Assembly (NCBI RefSeq): GCF_001194135.2 | Contig: NC_068984.1 | Coordinates: 115,950,925-116,014,924, forward strand | DNA from: Octopus bimaculoides | Taxonomy: Eukaryota | Direction of reading: 5' to 3' | Length of the DNA stretch: 64,000 nt | In this document: positions 25,798 through 39,744 of the stretch, piece by piece | How positions within the stretch are numbered: the first letter of the stretch is position 1 | Layout of the letters: each line of letters begins with the position of its first letter | Made by a program: the position numbers and the translations under genes | The notes under the pieces: generated by a model | Told to the model about the DNA's origin: nothing | What the model saw: only the letters and a program-made list of their open reading frames with translations | Databases searched by the model: none

Positions 25798-27278
25798 CCT
25801 ATAATNNNNNNNNNNNNNNNNNNNNNNNNNNNNNNNNNNNNNNNNNNNNNNNNNNNNNNNNNNNNNNNNNNNNNNNNNNNNNNNNNNNNNNNNNNNNNNN
25901 NNNNNNNNNNNNNNNNNNNNNNNNNNNNNNNNNNNNNNNNNNNNNNNNNNNNNNNNNNNNNNNNNNNNNNNNNNNNNNNNNNNNNNNNNNNNNNNNNNNN
26001 NNNNNNNNNNNNNNNNNNNNNNNNNNNNNNNNNNNNNNNNNNNNNNNNNNNNNNNNNNNNNNNNNNNNNNNNNNNNNNNNNNNNNNNNNNNNNNNNNNNN
26101 NNNNNNNNNNNNNNNNNNNNNNNNNNNNNNNNNNNNNNNNNNNNNNNNNNNNNNNNNNNNNNNNNNNNNNNNNNNNNNNNNNNNNNNNNNNNNNNNNNNN
26201 NNNNNNNNNNNNNNNNNNNNNNNNNNNNNNNNNNNNNNNNNNNNNNNNNNNNNNNNNNNNNNNNNNNNNNNNNNNNNNNNNNNNNNNNNNNNNNNNNNNN
26301 NNNNNNNNNNNNNNNNNNNNNNNNNNNNNTCTTAACATATACATATACACATACATATATAAGCATTGAAGTTCATCCTCATAAACACACACATCCTACA
26401 CTCAGATGCATAAATTACACATATAACACGTAGACTCACATACATACTCACACAATCACATGTACACGTTTATATTTATACATGTGTGTACATACATACA
26501 TAAATACATATATACATATATAGATTGCCATGGTCGGCCAAACACATATCAGGTATGTTGTTATTATGTTGTCGCCACTATCAATTGATTTCATAATGAT
26601 ACATCCGGGCGATCATAAACATCTGAGCCACAAAAACAAAAAAAAAAAAACAACAAACAAACAGAACAAAGCTAAAATAAACAAATAAACCGACAAAGAG
26701 CCAAACGAAAACAAAAATAACAAAAACAAAATAAGAATTGAAGTTCGATTGTGGAATTGATATGTTTATATCAATAAAAATATCGAACGTGCTAAATAGT
26801 AGTAAATATGACATATATATGGAAAACATCAAAGAAGAAAATATATATACACGTACACATATTTACACACACACACACACGTGTTAATACAGACACACTC
26901 ATACACAAGCGCGCGCACTCCAACACCCATGTATACACGCATATATTTAGATCGATACATGGATAGGTAGATATTTATATACGTACACACGCATATGTGG
27001 ATGTGTATGCTTTTTGAAATGGCTGTTAAGAGGACAAATGACATCAGGTGGGCGAAATCAAGGCAACATGATCCCGAGAGGCTACCATAACAACAAAGAA
27101 CAGAAACGAACAATATGGAGTATAGAATTCGACAGATTCAATTGGACAGATTTAACAAAATTTTGCATATGTCGGCTTCAGAAAGCCTAAAGCTATTGAG
27201 AGATTAACATCGGAAAGCCAGCCATCTTTGGTTGTGGGCGGGCAATGTCTAACTCAAAATACATAATACATACATACA

Positions 27279-27340
<62 letters not shown>

Positions 27341-27341
27341 C

Positions 27342-27372
<31 letters not shown>

Positions 27373-28618
27373 NNNNNNNNNNNNNNNNNNNNNNNNNNNN
27401 NNNNNNNNNNNNNNNNNNNNNNNNNNNNNNNNNNNNNNNNNNNNNNNNNNNNNNNNNNNNNNNNNNNNNNNNNNNNNNNNNNNNNNNNNNNNNNNNNNNN
27501 NNNNNNNNNNNNNNNNNNNNNNNNNNNNNNNNNNNNNNNNNNNNNNNNNNNNNNNNNNNNNNNNNNNNNNNNNNNNNNNNNNNNNNNNNNNNNNNNNNNN
27601 NNNNNNNNNNNNNNNNNNNNNNNNNNNNNNNNNNNNNNNNNNNNNNNNNNNNNNNNNNNNNNNNNNNNNNNNNNNNNNNNNNNNNNNNNNNNNNNNNNNN
27701 NNNNNNNNNNNNNNNNNNNNNNNNNNNNNNNNNNNNNNNNNNNNNNNNNNNNNNNNNNNNNNNNNNNNNNNNNNNNNNNNNNNNNNNNNNNNNNNNNNNN
27801 NNNNNNNNNNNNNNNNNNNNNNNNNNNNNNNNNNNNNNNNNNNNNNNNNNNNNNNNNNNNNNNNNNNNNNNNNNNNNNNNNNNNNNNNNNNNNNNNNNNN
27901 NNNNNNNNNNNNNNNNNNNNNNNNNNNNNNNNNNNNNNNNNNNNNNNNNNNNNNNNNNNNNNNNNNNNNNNNNNNNNNNNNNNNNNNNNNNNNNNNNNNN
28001 NNNNNNNNNNNNNNNNNNNNNNNNNNNNNNNNNNNNNNNNNNNNNNNNNNNNNNNNNNNNNNNNNNNNNNNNNNNNNNNNNNNNNNNNNNNNNNNNNNNN
28101 NNNNNNNNNNNNNNNNNNNNNNNNNNNNNNNNNNNNNNNNNNNNNNNNNNNNNNNNNNNNNNNNNNNNNNNNNNNNNNNNNNNNNNNNNNNNNNNNNNNN
28201 NNNNNNNNNNNNNNNNNNNNNNNNNNNNNNNNNNNNNNNNNNNNNNNNNNNNNNNNNNNNNNNNNNNNNNNNNNNNNNNNNNNNNNNNNNNNNNNNNNNN
28301 NNNNNNNNNNNNNNNNNNNNNNNNNNNNNNNNNNNNNNNNNNNNTATATATATACGTATATGTTCTTTGTCTATCTCCTTACTTTCTTTGAGATTTTAGG
28401 TACAATTATTCTAATGTGTCCATCTGTTTTAATTAAATTAAATTCTATGTCTTTATGCAACTGAGGATTGTTCTGCATTTAAATTGATGTAATTATTGCA
28501 TTGTTCAATTAAATGTAGTTGCTTGAAACGATCGTACTGCATTACCTCTGGATATCCTTGTTGCGTATTTTGATTTTATATATATATATATATACGTGTG
28601 CGTGTGTATGTTTGTATA

Positions 28619-29090
28619 CTAGTATTATAACCCGATTTCATTCGGGTCTACTCCGGTTACATTTTAACGATGATGAATTTTGCCCTAGAGGCCACGCCTT
28701 TCAATTGAGCAAACTCAAATTTGCCATGCAAACCCAAATTTGCCATGCAAACTGAAATTTGCCATGCAAACTCAAATTTGGCATGCAAACTCAAATTTGC
28801 CATGCAAACTGAAATTTGGCATGCAAACTGAAATTTGGCATGCAAACTGAAATTTGCCATGCAAACTCAAATTTGGCATGGAAACTGAAATTTGCCATGC
28901 AAACCCAAATTTGCCATGCAAACTCAAATTTGTCATGCAAACTCAAATTTGCCATGCAAACTCAAATTTGCCATGCAAACTCTCCAGCAATTTTAACATA
29001 GGTGTGCAAATTTTCAGGTCAATCTGACCAAATTTTCTAACACTTTTGCCTGCACAACTGCTTGTGTGACAACGTCCACCCTTTTCACAA
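28619..29090 (-). mobile_element. Non-autonomous Helitron-like element carrying an internal tandem array; 5' end not located
   Basis: Minus strand ends with hairpin ACCCGA-ATGAAA-TCGGGT, 7 nt, then CTAG|T (28622-28618). Confidence 0.55.
28709..28982. repeat. 19-bp minisatellite GCAAACTCAAATTTGCCAT, 14 full units plus a partial
   Basis: Units counted directly. Variation is mostly C/G swaps at two positions. Confidence 0.97.
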
Positions 29091-29113
29091 ATATATGTGT
29101 GTGTGCGTGTGTG

Positions 29114-29162
<49 letters not shown>

Positions 29163-29708
29163 GTGTGTGTGTGTGTGTGTAAGCAAAGAGAAATTATAAC
29201 GAATNNNNNNNNNNNNNNNNNNNNNNNNNNNNNNNNNNNNNNNNNNNNNNNNNNNNNNNNNNNNNNNNNNNNNNNNNNNNNNNNNNNNNNNNNNNNNNNN
29301 NNNNNNNNNNNNNNNNNNNNNNNNNNNNNNNNNNNNNNNNNNNNNNNNNNNNNNNNNNNNNNNNNNNNNNNNNNNNNNNNNNNNNNNNNNNNNNNNNNNN
29401 NNNNNNNNATATATATATATATATATATACAGATATTTATAATATACACATATTCATATACATGAGTGCATGTATGTATGTACATATGTATGTATGTATG
29501 TATGTATATATATATGTATATATGTATGTATGTATGTATGTATATATATATGTGAAAATATATATATACATGTATATATATACAAATATTTATAATATGC
29601 ACATATTCGTATACATGAGTATGTGTGCGTATATATGTTTCTTATTTTTTAGACATATGTGTATATACACCTATAAATGTGTGCAAAGTTATATACATTC
29701 ATATATAA

Positions 29709-29775
<67 letters not shown>

Positions 29776-30279
29776 TTAAACCTACTTGTACTTGTATATA
29801 AATATTCACATACATGTATGCAGATGTATGTAGGTAACTTTCTAGAAAGAGAGGAAAGTAAGAGAGAAAGAAAAAGAGATAAATATGGAGAGATGAAGAA
29901 GAAGAAGAAAGTAAGAACTTGTTGTCGAAACAATAATACTACATAAAGATAACAAGTAGCTTCTGTATTTCTGTTCAAATCCATCGAGTGATTTTTCTTT
30001 CTCTGCCTGTATATCACTTCTTTATACGTGAGTGAACGTAGCAGGATGTTTTCAACAGATGACATTTGAGTGATGATAATAATAATAACAATGATATTGA
30101 TTTCAAACATAGGAACAAGGCCACATATTTGGCAGACATATTTTTTTTTTACTGTTAGTTCTATGTCAGTGCTGATTGAGCGGAATTTTAATCGACATCA
30201 CTCAAGCATGGAAATCACATCTCATCTCTGTGTGTCTGTCTGTCTGTCTGTCTGACTCGCCGTTTCCTCTCTCTGTATT

Positions 30280-30363
<84 letters not shown>

Positions 30364-30884
30364 TGTTGCATTTCGGGATGGTCATTTCTTTATGCCAAAT
30401 AAACACACGTACTATAAACGTACGTGTGTGTGTGTATATATATGTATATATATATATATTGGCGGTAAACTGGCAGGCTCATTAACGCAGTCGGACATTT
30501 CTTTCAGTTCTTTACAGTCTTAGTTCAAAACTTTTCATTCTTTTGAGGCCGATTGAATAAAGTACAGTCAAGCACTGGGATCGATATAATCAATTCCCTC
30601 TGAAGAGCACTGATTTTGTACCAATATTTGAACCAATATTTGCTTCCACTACTTCTCTCTCTAAGAATTTTCATTAAGCTTTCGCAGACTACGTAATCCA
30701 ATGTACTCGTCTTTTTTTGTTTTTATAAGATAATAATGTGTGATTTGAGGGAGATGTGGCTACACTTTTTAGCTGGTCATTGAGCCATAATTACTGCGGG
30801 GAAAAGGTTTTCAGTTGATTATATTGACGCACTCTGGTTTTTGAGTGACGATTACACAAATAGTTTTGAACATTTAACTGATGA

Positions 30885-31503
30885 TTATATTCTTTTCTAA
30901 TCTGGGTACAAGGCCCGAAATTTTGGGGACGGAGGCCAGTCGATTAGATCGACCACAGTACACAACTGGTACTTAACTAATCGACTCCGAAAGGATAAAG
31001 GCGAAGACGACTTCGGCGGAATTTGAACTCAAAACGTAAAGTCAGACGAAATACCGATTAGCATTTCGCCCAGCGTGCTAACGTTTCTTATTTCTTTATT
31101 GCACACAAATGGCTAAACATAGAGGGGACAAACAAAGACAGACAAATGAATTAAGTCGATTACATCGACCCCAGTGCGTAACTGGTACTTAATTTATCAA
31201 CCCCGAAATGATGAAAGGCAAAGTCGACCTCGGCGGAATTTGAACTCAGAACGTAAAGAAAGACGAAATACCTATTTCTTTATTTCCCACAAGGGGCTAT
31301 ACACAGAGGGGACAAACAAAGACAGGCAAACGATTAACTCGATTATATCGACTCCAGTGCGTAACTGGTACTTATTTAATCGACCCCGAAAGGATGAAAG
31401 GCAAAGTCGACCTCGGCGGAATTTGAACTCAGAACGTAACGACAGACGAAATACCGCTAAGCATTTCGCCCAGTGTGCTAACGTTTCTGCCAGTTCGCCG
31501 CCT
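30885..31503 (-). mobile_element. Head-to-tail trimer of SINE family A
   Basis: Core CGACCCCGAAAGGATGAAAGGCAAAGTCGACCTCGGCGG appears three times. The rightmost copy is complete; the other two are 5'-truncated. Confidence 0.9.
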
Positions 31504-32100
31504 TTGTGATGATTATTTGAAATAACCATACTTTGTGTTGCATGAATATGTTGATGAAGCTTGATTTTGAGTGATGAATATGATCATACATTTTGACATT
31601 TGAGTGGTGATTATATTAACGTCGTATGTTCTTTGTGTAATGGTTAAGTTGATGACTTTTGATCTTTGCGTGATGATTATTTTAATGACATTTGACATTT
31701 GAGTGATGATTCTACTGAAGATTTTGAAAGTTAAGTGGTGATTACACAGATGAAGTTTGTCTTATGAGTGATGAATTTATTCCTCGATTTTGATATTTGA
31801 TTGGTGATTATATTAATATCCTCTGCCGTTTCAATGATGATTATATTAATGATTTTTAAACTTTTAAGTGATCCTTTCAGCGATGATTATTATATAGATG
31901 GTTTTTGGCATTTGTGTGATGATTACACTGATAAGATCTGCTCTTTGAGCGACGAATATTTTGATAACTTCTGTTAATTGAGTGATGTTGATATTCATGA
32001 ACTCTGCCTTTTAATGGATAGTTATATTGATAGTCTTTGAAATTTAAATGATGATTACATTGGCGACCTTTAACATTTGAGTGATGATTAACATGGTCAA
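31503..32100. repeat. Old degenerate tandem array, 33-bp period
   Basis: Units of the form TTGAGTGATGATTATATTAATGATTTTTGACAT start at 31567, 31600, 31633, 31666, 31699 and continue for about 16 units. Confidence 0.8.
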
Positions 32101-34244
32101 TTTTACAATTCTGCCCCTCCAGTAATGATAACATTGTTAATTGTTAATTGTAATACTGACACAAAGCCTCGCGTTTTTTTAAGACATGTTATATTCGATT
32201 AAATCGAAACACAGTACTTTAAATGTATGTAGTTTATAGACACCAGACGAATGGAAAGCATAAATTGATGCGAGCAGAATTTGAACTCAAAACATGACGA
32301 GAACTAATCAAATATCACATGGCATTTACTCTTCAAAATGACTGATTTTTTTTTAGCGACGCAAAGCCACGAAATCTGTAAATATGTTTTCCATCTTCGC
32401 CATTTTCTGAGCCTAGTGAAAAATCTTGATCTCTTGCTATACCTCAGTGTAAACATTAGAAACATCAGCCGCTAGATTACCAGCATTAAACCGGGTGACG
32501 GATTTATTACGGCATCAAGAACATGAACGCTCCTGCCAGCAGGATAGTACACCATTTTGGTCAGCAAAATTTTATTTACAATTCTTTGGCCGATCGAAAA
32601 GTGTCACGTAATAGGATGAAACACGAACCAACATGGCTAGAAGCGAAATTCTTAATTTCACGTTCACAGCTGCTTCTATTTCAAGAACAGGAGGTCAATG
32701 GAATCAAATCGCACCATGACTGCCATATATAATTATCGATCGAGTAAAAATGTTCAAGAAAATCGCTTTAACTTGGAATATGAATGGTCGTAGTTATATG
32801 ATCTATGATGTTGAAATCGCTGGAGACTTTGATATATCATACACCCTGAAAAGTTACAAAAAAATTTTTTTTTTTTAAATGAAAAGGAAAGGTAAAAAGA
32901 AAACTTCGCACTGGTACAACACGAGAAAAAGATGACTACGATAAACGATGTCTGCATTGTTGCCGATTAATTAAAATTTTTGCAAGCGTTCATCTTTGAT
33001 TTTGAATCCTACTGTGTTCATGATATAAAACCTTTAGGTATATATATATATATATTAATCCCTACATATTCTTTTCTCTCTCCGTTTTTTGTTTTTGTTC
33101 ATTTTTTTTGTCAAACCTTTCTGTCGAAGAGTATGTCGAAAGACTTTTCCATTCTTCTCGAGTGTCAGACTAATGCACCTGCTCGTTCTTCCCTCACTTG
33201 TCTTCGTCTTTTGTTTTCTGTAAATTTGAACTATATATATATATATATATATATACTACTTACATATTTGAATACGTGTGGGCATGCAAATGAATATGTA
33301 TAATATATCCTCGTACATTTTTGTATGCACACGTGTATGAGAATGTAAGTTTTTTTTTATATATGCACACACGTTCATTTGTATACATGTATATAGATGT
33401 ATTCAAGTATATGTGTATATGTCAGTGTATGCGTATGTGTGCGTGGAGGCGCGTAGTCAACTGGTTACGCTGTTGGGATTACGATCGTCTGTTTGTATGC
33501 AATTCTAAAAGGCAGGGGTGTCCTTATGCAAGCAGCTTAACTTCACTTTGCTCCTGTAAATTTAACGGAAAATATGTCAGCGGCAGTTGGTCATTAACCC
33601 TGCAGCGGGCTGGCTCTCTGTCTAAACGCCTACCGTCTCGCGTATTTGAGCAGTACTTTATTTTATCGACTCCCGCAAAGCTGAAGGGCAAAATTGGTCT
33701 CGGCTGTATTTGAAGTCAGAATATAACGATCCAGAGAAAATGCTGAAAAGCAATTTGTTCAACGCTGTCAGGATTCTGCCAGATTGCTGCCTTATTTCTG
33801 CTAATATAAGTCGTTCTCTGTTCATGACTGAAACTTATTTCATCTTACATATTCTAGATAAGCAACGGTCTTGGAATAAGTAGCTAAAACAACATTAACG
33901 ACAACAACAACAGCAACATACGGATGTTGAGCTAATAGACACTTTACATCTGAATAATTGACAATATTTTTGCTACTGTAAGTCTTTGGGCAATAGCTGA
34001 GCAGGTTCAGAACGGACATGGAGGAAAAATGGGGATAAAATATAATTAAAACGGCTAGTTACAACAAGAACATCACTAATGCAGGCATAGACCCACTGTT
34101 TATGTTATGTAATTAAAGATATTTATGTGAATACATACATAAGTACGATTATATGCACATAGAAGTACGCTTAAGCATATACGTACATATATAATGTCAA
34201 TCCATTATTTTGTCCTGCTGCTGCTGCTACTGCTGCTGCTGCTG

Positions 34245-34304
<60 letters not shown>

Positions 34305-34309
34305 TCATC

Positions 34310-34973
34310 ATTATTAAGGTAGCAAAGTGTAAGAATCTTTTACACATCGGATAGAATGCATAGCGACATTTCTTCCGGTTTTGCCTCCTGAGTTCAAATA
34401 CCTGTAAAGTGATTTTACTTTTTGTAACTCGAAAGCCATAAAATTAGTAGAGCACTGGAGTCAATGTAATCGTCTCAGATTTGAGGTCTTGTGCCTATAC
34501 TAGAAAGAATTATTAAGCCACCGAATTGGTAGACTTGTTAGCACGTCGGACAAAATGCATAGCGACAATTATTCCGGTTTTACATTCTGAGTTCAAATAC
34601 CGCTGAGATCGACCTTGCCTTTTATTCTTTCTGGGTCGATAAAATAGGTAGCACTTAAGGACTTGGTCCGATACAATCGACTGCCCCACCTCACCCCAAA
34701 TGTTAGGCCTTCAGCCTATAGTAGCACAATTATCATGATTATTATTATTATAAAGATGGCGTAGGCGGCGAGCTGGCAGAGACGTTAGCACGCTGGACGA
34801 AATGCTTAGCGGTATATCGCCCGTCGCTGCGTTCTGAGTTCAAATTGCCGCGGTCAACTTTGCCTTTCATCCTTTCGAGGCCGATAAATTAAGTACTAGT
34901 GAATCACTGGGGTCGAGGTAATCGACTATCCCCCCCACCCCAATTTCAGGCCTTGTACCTATAATAGAAATGA

Positions 34974-35004
<31 letters not shown>

Positions 35005-35240
35005 CATTAAGATGGCGAAGGCGGGAGCTGGCAGAATCGTTAGCATGCTGGGTAAAACGCTTAGCAACATTTTGTCTGTGTTTACGGTCTGATTTCAAGT
35101 TTCGCCGAGCTTGACCTAACCTTTCATCACTTCGCGGTCGATAAAATGAGTGCCTGTGGCTAGTGAACACTGGAGCCGGTATAATCGACCAACCCCACCG
35201 CCTCCAAGCTTCAGGCTTTGTACTCAACATAGAAAGAATT
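34310..35240 (+). mobile_element. Four tandem, variably decayed SINE family A copies separated by (ATT)n
   Basis: Head GGCGGCGAGCTGGCAG and core motifs near 34320, 34520, 34765 and 35015. Confidence 0.8.
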
Positions 35241-35517
35241 ATTATTTGTGTTTTTAATTTCTTCTTGCTTGTTTTCGCGTAAAAGGCAATACTTAATCTT
35301 ATTAAATCAAATATTAGTAATTAATTTACCATGTATAAAACATACGGAATAGGTATTTTATTTTCTCTACAGGTGAAGAGAGTTCAAGACGGAAAAGGCG
35401 TAAATTTGTCAACACTTATTTGGTAAATTTAATCATACTCTGCTAAAAAAAATTTAATTTGCAGCAACTCATTTTGTAACAAACACTAATATCCCAACAT
35501 GTATGTATGTATGTATG

Positions 35518-35551
<34 letters not shown>

Positions 35552-35559
35552 TGTATGTA

Positions 35560-35590
<31 letters not shown>

Positions 35591-35738
35591 GTGAGTGTAT
35601 GTATGTATGTATGTACATATGTATGTATGTATGCATGTATGTATGCATGTATGTATGCATATTTGTATGTATGCATGTATGTATGCATGTATGTATTTAT
35701 GTATGTATGTATGCATGTATTTATGTATTTATGTATGT

Positions 35739-36102
35739 GTGGAGGCGCAATGGCCCAGTGGTTATGGCAGCGGACTCGCGGTCGTAGGATCGCAGTTACG
35801 ATTCCCAGACCGGGCGTTGTGAGTGTTTATTGAGCGAAAACACTTAAAGCACCACGGGGCTCCGGCAGGGGGTAGTGGCGATCCCTGCTGTACTCTTTCG
35901 CCACAACTTTCTCTCACTCTATCTTCCTGTTTCTGTTGTACCTGTATTTCAAAGGTCCACGCTGAATCTCCCCCGAGAATTACGTTAAGGGTACACGTGT
36001 CTGTGGAGTGCTGAGCCACTTGCACGTTAATTTCACGAGCAGGCTGTTCCGTTGATTGAATCAACTGGAACCCTCGTCGTCGTAACCGACGGAGTGCCAA
36101 CA
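35739..36102 (+). mobile_element. SINE family B with a short internal deletion, inserted in (TATG)n
   Basis: Matches the 14791 copy but lacks most of the CAGCCTTGTCACACTGTGT segment. (TATG)n lies on both sides. Confidence 0.92.
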
Positions 36103-36172
36103 TGTATGTATGTATTCATGTATGTATGTATTTATGTGTACATGTACGTATATATGTATGTATATATGTATG

Positions 36173-36206
<34 letters not shown>

Positions 36207-36802
36207 TGCATGCATGCATGTTTGTATGTGTGTATATATGCATGTATGTATTTATAAGCTATCTGCAGTTCTCGTGGAGAAAAACTCTCTGATGTGTAAA
36301 AAATGGTGTAAAACCCCCCACATCTGTCCAATGCTACCCACTATCGAATTCCCAGATGTGTTTCTAGCTCTTTAGTTGTTATCACAGCCGTTATACGAGT
36401 CTGGGTATCCGACAGGTGGCAGCACTGGACAGATATCTTATATTTTTACACCATTTTACCACTAGAGCGATTTTTCTCCACGGTAACTACAGTGAAATTT
36501 CCTTTAGAAGTTGAAACATGCAACAAACATATTTTGACTAACATAAAGTCCGCTTATGCCTAAAGGGTGCTTGGCGCTGATACGTCTGTGGATGTAAAGA
36601 TGTATTTTTCTACTTGTTTCTCTCGTTGGAGTGCGACCTTTCTAGTGCATTGCTTTGAAGTGTTCAGACGAATGAATTAACCTCATTGCTTGTGTTTTAA
36701 AATCTGGTTCATATTCTAACGATGTCTGTCGCCGAGCCGCTAGGTTACTTTCGGAATTTAGCCTCCGTTATAAAACAAAACCGCAACAAATATCCTCTAC
36801 AG

Positions 36803-37079
36803 CAATGCTTCTCAAACTATCCGACGTGGCGTGCCGGCAGTTTTCTTTTTTTTCCCCAATGTGTCAGGGACCGGTAATATTTCTTAGTAATATTAATTTA
36901 TACCGGAAACAAAATATATATAATGAATATAATAAAAGTTGACAATTTTTTTAATCTTATATTTATTTTGTAAACAAATAATACAATATAACATAAGCAT
37001 TTTATGTTTCTTTCTTTTCTGGAAACTCGCCGCGTACCAGCAGCTAATGGCTCGCGGACCGCCACCTTGAGTAGCACTG
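36803..37079. mobile_element. 277-bp hAT (Charlie-like) MITE
   Basis: Termini CAATGCTTCTCAA / TTGAGTAGCACTG. The 8-bp flanks CTCTACAG and CTCTATAC fit a decayed TSD with an NTCTAGAN-type target. Confidence 0.7.
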
Positions 37080-38162
37080 CTCTATACGATTAGATGACTT
37101 GGTAGAATTAGCTCATAATCTCCTTCGCATTATACTACTTTTCAAAGAATCGAATGATATACTGAACAAATTAACCATAGATATACAAAGAGAAATAAAT
37201 AACGAAATGAAATAGGAAATAAAAGTAAAAGTACGGGATGGTCATGGGTAGAACTTCTTATATCGTAGATTTACTGAATGAAGTTCTACCTTCATCTAAG
37301 CAACAGCAAAAACAGTTGCAATAACGGAAACAACAACAACAGCAATAAATAGTAAGCATAACAAATTACAGTTTTGTTTCTAAAACAAAGACAAAACAAA
37401 GCAAACAGATGATGTATAACAGCAACTTTATGTCTGGATAAAAGACAAAATGGTCATAACAGGAACGCTTTTGGCCTTAAGTCAGCAAGTTCCGAGGATG
37501 CTTTTGACCTTCGGTCAACAAGTTTCGAGTTATCATCAGCGTTCACAAGTGAGACAGCAACTACAATAACAAAAGCAATATTTAAAATGGTGATAGATTC
37601 GCTTGTTAGAAGTCGATATTTTCATTACGCTTTGCAGTTGTTGTTTAGAGTAAATAAAAATATTGATGTGAACACACACACAGACACACACACGCAAGTA
37701 CATACACACAAGTACACATAAACATAATTACAATAACGTAACATACAATTAACACTCACATAATCAGACACGCATTTATGTTATGATTTCGTTACCATAC
37801 ACTCATCATCATCTTTCTTTTCTTTTCATATTCTTGCTTTTCATTTCTTCTTGCTTGTTTTTCGTCTAATGGCCAATAATTAATTCTATTAAGTCAGACA
37901 TTACTAATTAATTTGCTATTTATATACTATTGAAATAGACTTGCAACGGAAATTTCATTTTCCCAACCAGTGTTCCGAAGAGGGTTAACAACGAAACGGA
38001 CGGTAATTTGTCAATATTTACTTTGGTAAACTTAATCAAATTCTACTAAAATATAACATCGTGTAAAATTTATTTCAATGTGTGGATATAGTTTTTTTCT
38101 GGTAAATACTGACATTCCAACGTACGCATAGACACACTCACGTAAGGCAAACACACATACCC

Positions 38163-38345
38163 ATGTATGTATGTATGTATGTGTGTATGTATGTATGTAT
38201 GTATGTATGTATGTATGCATGTATGTATGTATGTATGTATGTATGTATGTATGTATGTATGTATGTATGCGTGTATGTATGCATGCATGTATGTATGTAT
38301 GTATGTATGTATGTACTTGTATATATATATGTATGTGTATGTGTA
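38163..38345. repeat. (TATG)n microsatellite
   Basis: Read directly from the sequence. Confidence 0.95.
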
Positions 38346-38528
38346 TATGTATATGTGTGTGTGTGTAGTGTACTGTGTGGAAATGGATGCGCTAGGTGCG
38401 TACCGTATTGTTGCGGCTTTTAATAGCATACACGGTAAATTCCCTATGTTGCATGATTCAATAGGGTTCTCCCAGTATAGACGTGCTCTCTCTCTCTCTC
38501 TCACCTCTTTTCATCTCTCCCCCTCCAA

Positions 38529-38565
<37 letters not shown>

Positions 38566-38646
38566 ACGCACACACATATATATAATTAGCAACAAAAGCA
38601 GCAACAACAATATCAACGTCATCTTCCTGATCACGATCATCAGTCC

Positions 38647-38695
<49 letters not shown>

Positions 38696-39697
38696 CACCA
38701 CCACCACCACCACTACCGCTTCTGCTGCTGCACCTGTGGCTGCTGTAGCTGTTGCTGCAGTGGCTGTTGCTGCTGCAATACCAATCATAATTTAAGCCAA
38801 GTAAAACACAATTGAATACTTTCAGTTTGGTTCCTTACCCATTACAAATTTTTGTGATGAGTAAACATAATTACATGTACACAGACACACACACACGCAC
38901 ACACACACACACAAACATACACACAGAAACACACACGCACACATACACACACATACACGAACACACAGAAACAAACACAACATGCAAAAAACAAAAAAAT
39001 GCAGCGATGTGGATTGGCGGATCTGTACGAAGGTTGTACCTAATGCTACATGGTATTCGTTTCGGTTCTTTTATTTCAGAGGTCAAAATCTATCTTCCGG
39101 TTTAACACTACAACCTGATATCTTGGTGGGACACCTTTAGCGGATTATCACTTTTGTTGGAAAAATTCAGGTCACAGGACTTGGAGGCCCTGCAAGGTGT
39201 CACAGGCACTACTTGTTCCTCCTTTATCTCTGAATTAAAGATAAAAGTAAAGAAAGAAAATCATCCGACTCCCAAAATTTTAGTAACTACATATTATTGA
39301 TCCTGACGCTTTGGAAGAAGTTATTCGCCCAGCTCCAAATAGAGTCGAAATTAGTTGTAGACTTAATCAGGAAATGAATCACTATTAAATGAAAAGAAAC
39401 GGAGACAAAAGAAATTTTTACGAAGGCCAGAAAACAAATTTGTAATTTAAATAATGCTTTCAAATTTTAGCACAATGCCAGCAATTTAAAGGGGAGGGGT
39501 TCAGCTAATACTTATTTTATGGAGCCCTAAAGTATTCTGAAAGGAAAAATCGATTAGAATAGAATTTGAACTCAGGACGTAGTGAGTTGGAAGGAATTAC
39601 TTTAAAGCAATCTTGCGACGCTGAAACGATTCTGCCACCCCATCGCCTTCTATGATTTAAATAATAAAGTGCATGTAGCAATGCATATGTATATATA

Positions 39698-39744
<47 letters not shown>

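Noticed and set aside
28709-28982. CRISPR-like or coding interpretation of the 19-bp array (ORFs MANFSLHAKF...)
   Set aside because: The units are contiguous with no spacers, the context is eukaryotic, and 19 is not a multiple of 3.
38483-38815. ORF with poly-Tyr, poly-His and a Cys-rich tail (metal-binding look)
   Set aside because: Adjacent (TAC)n, (CAC)n and (TGC)n microsatellites preceded by (CT)n; no splice signals.
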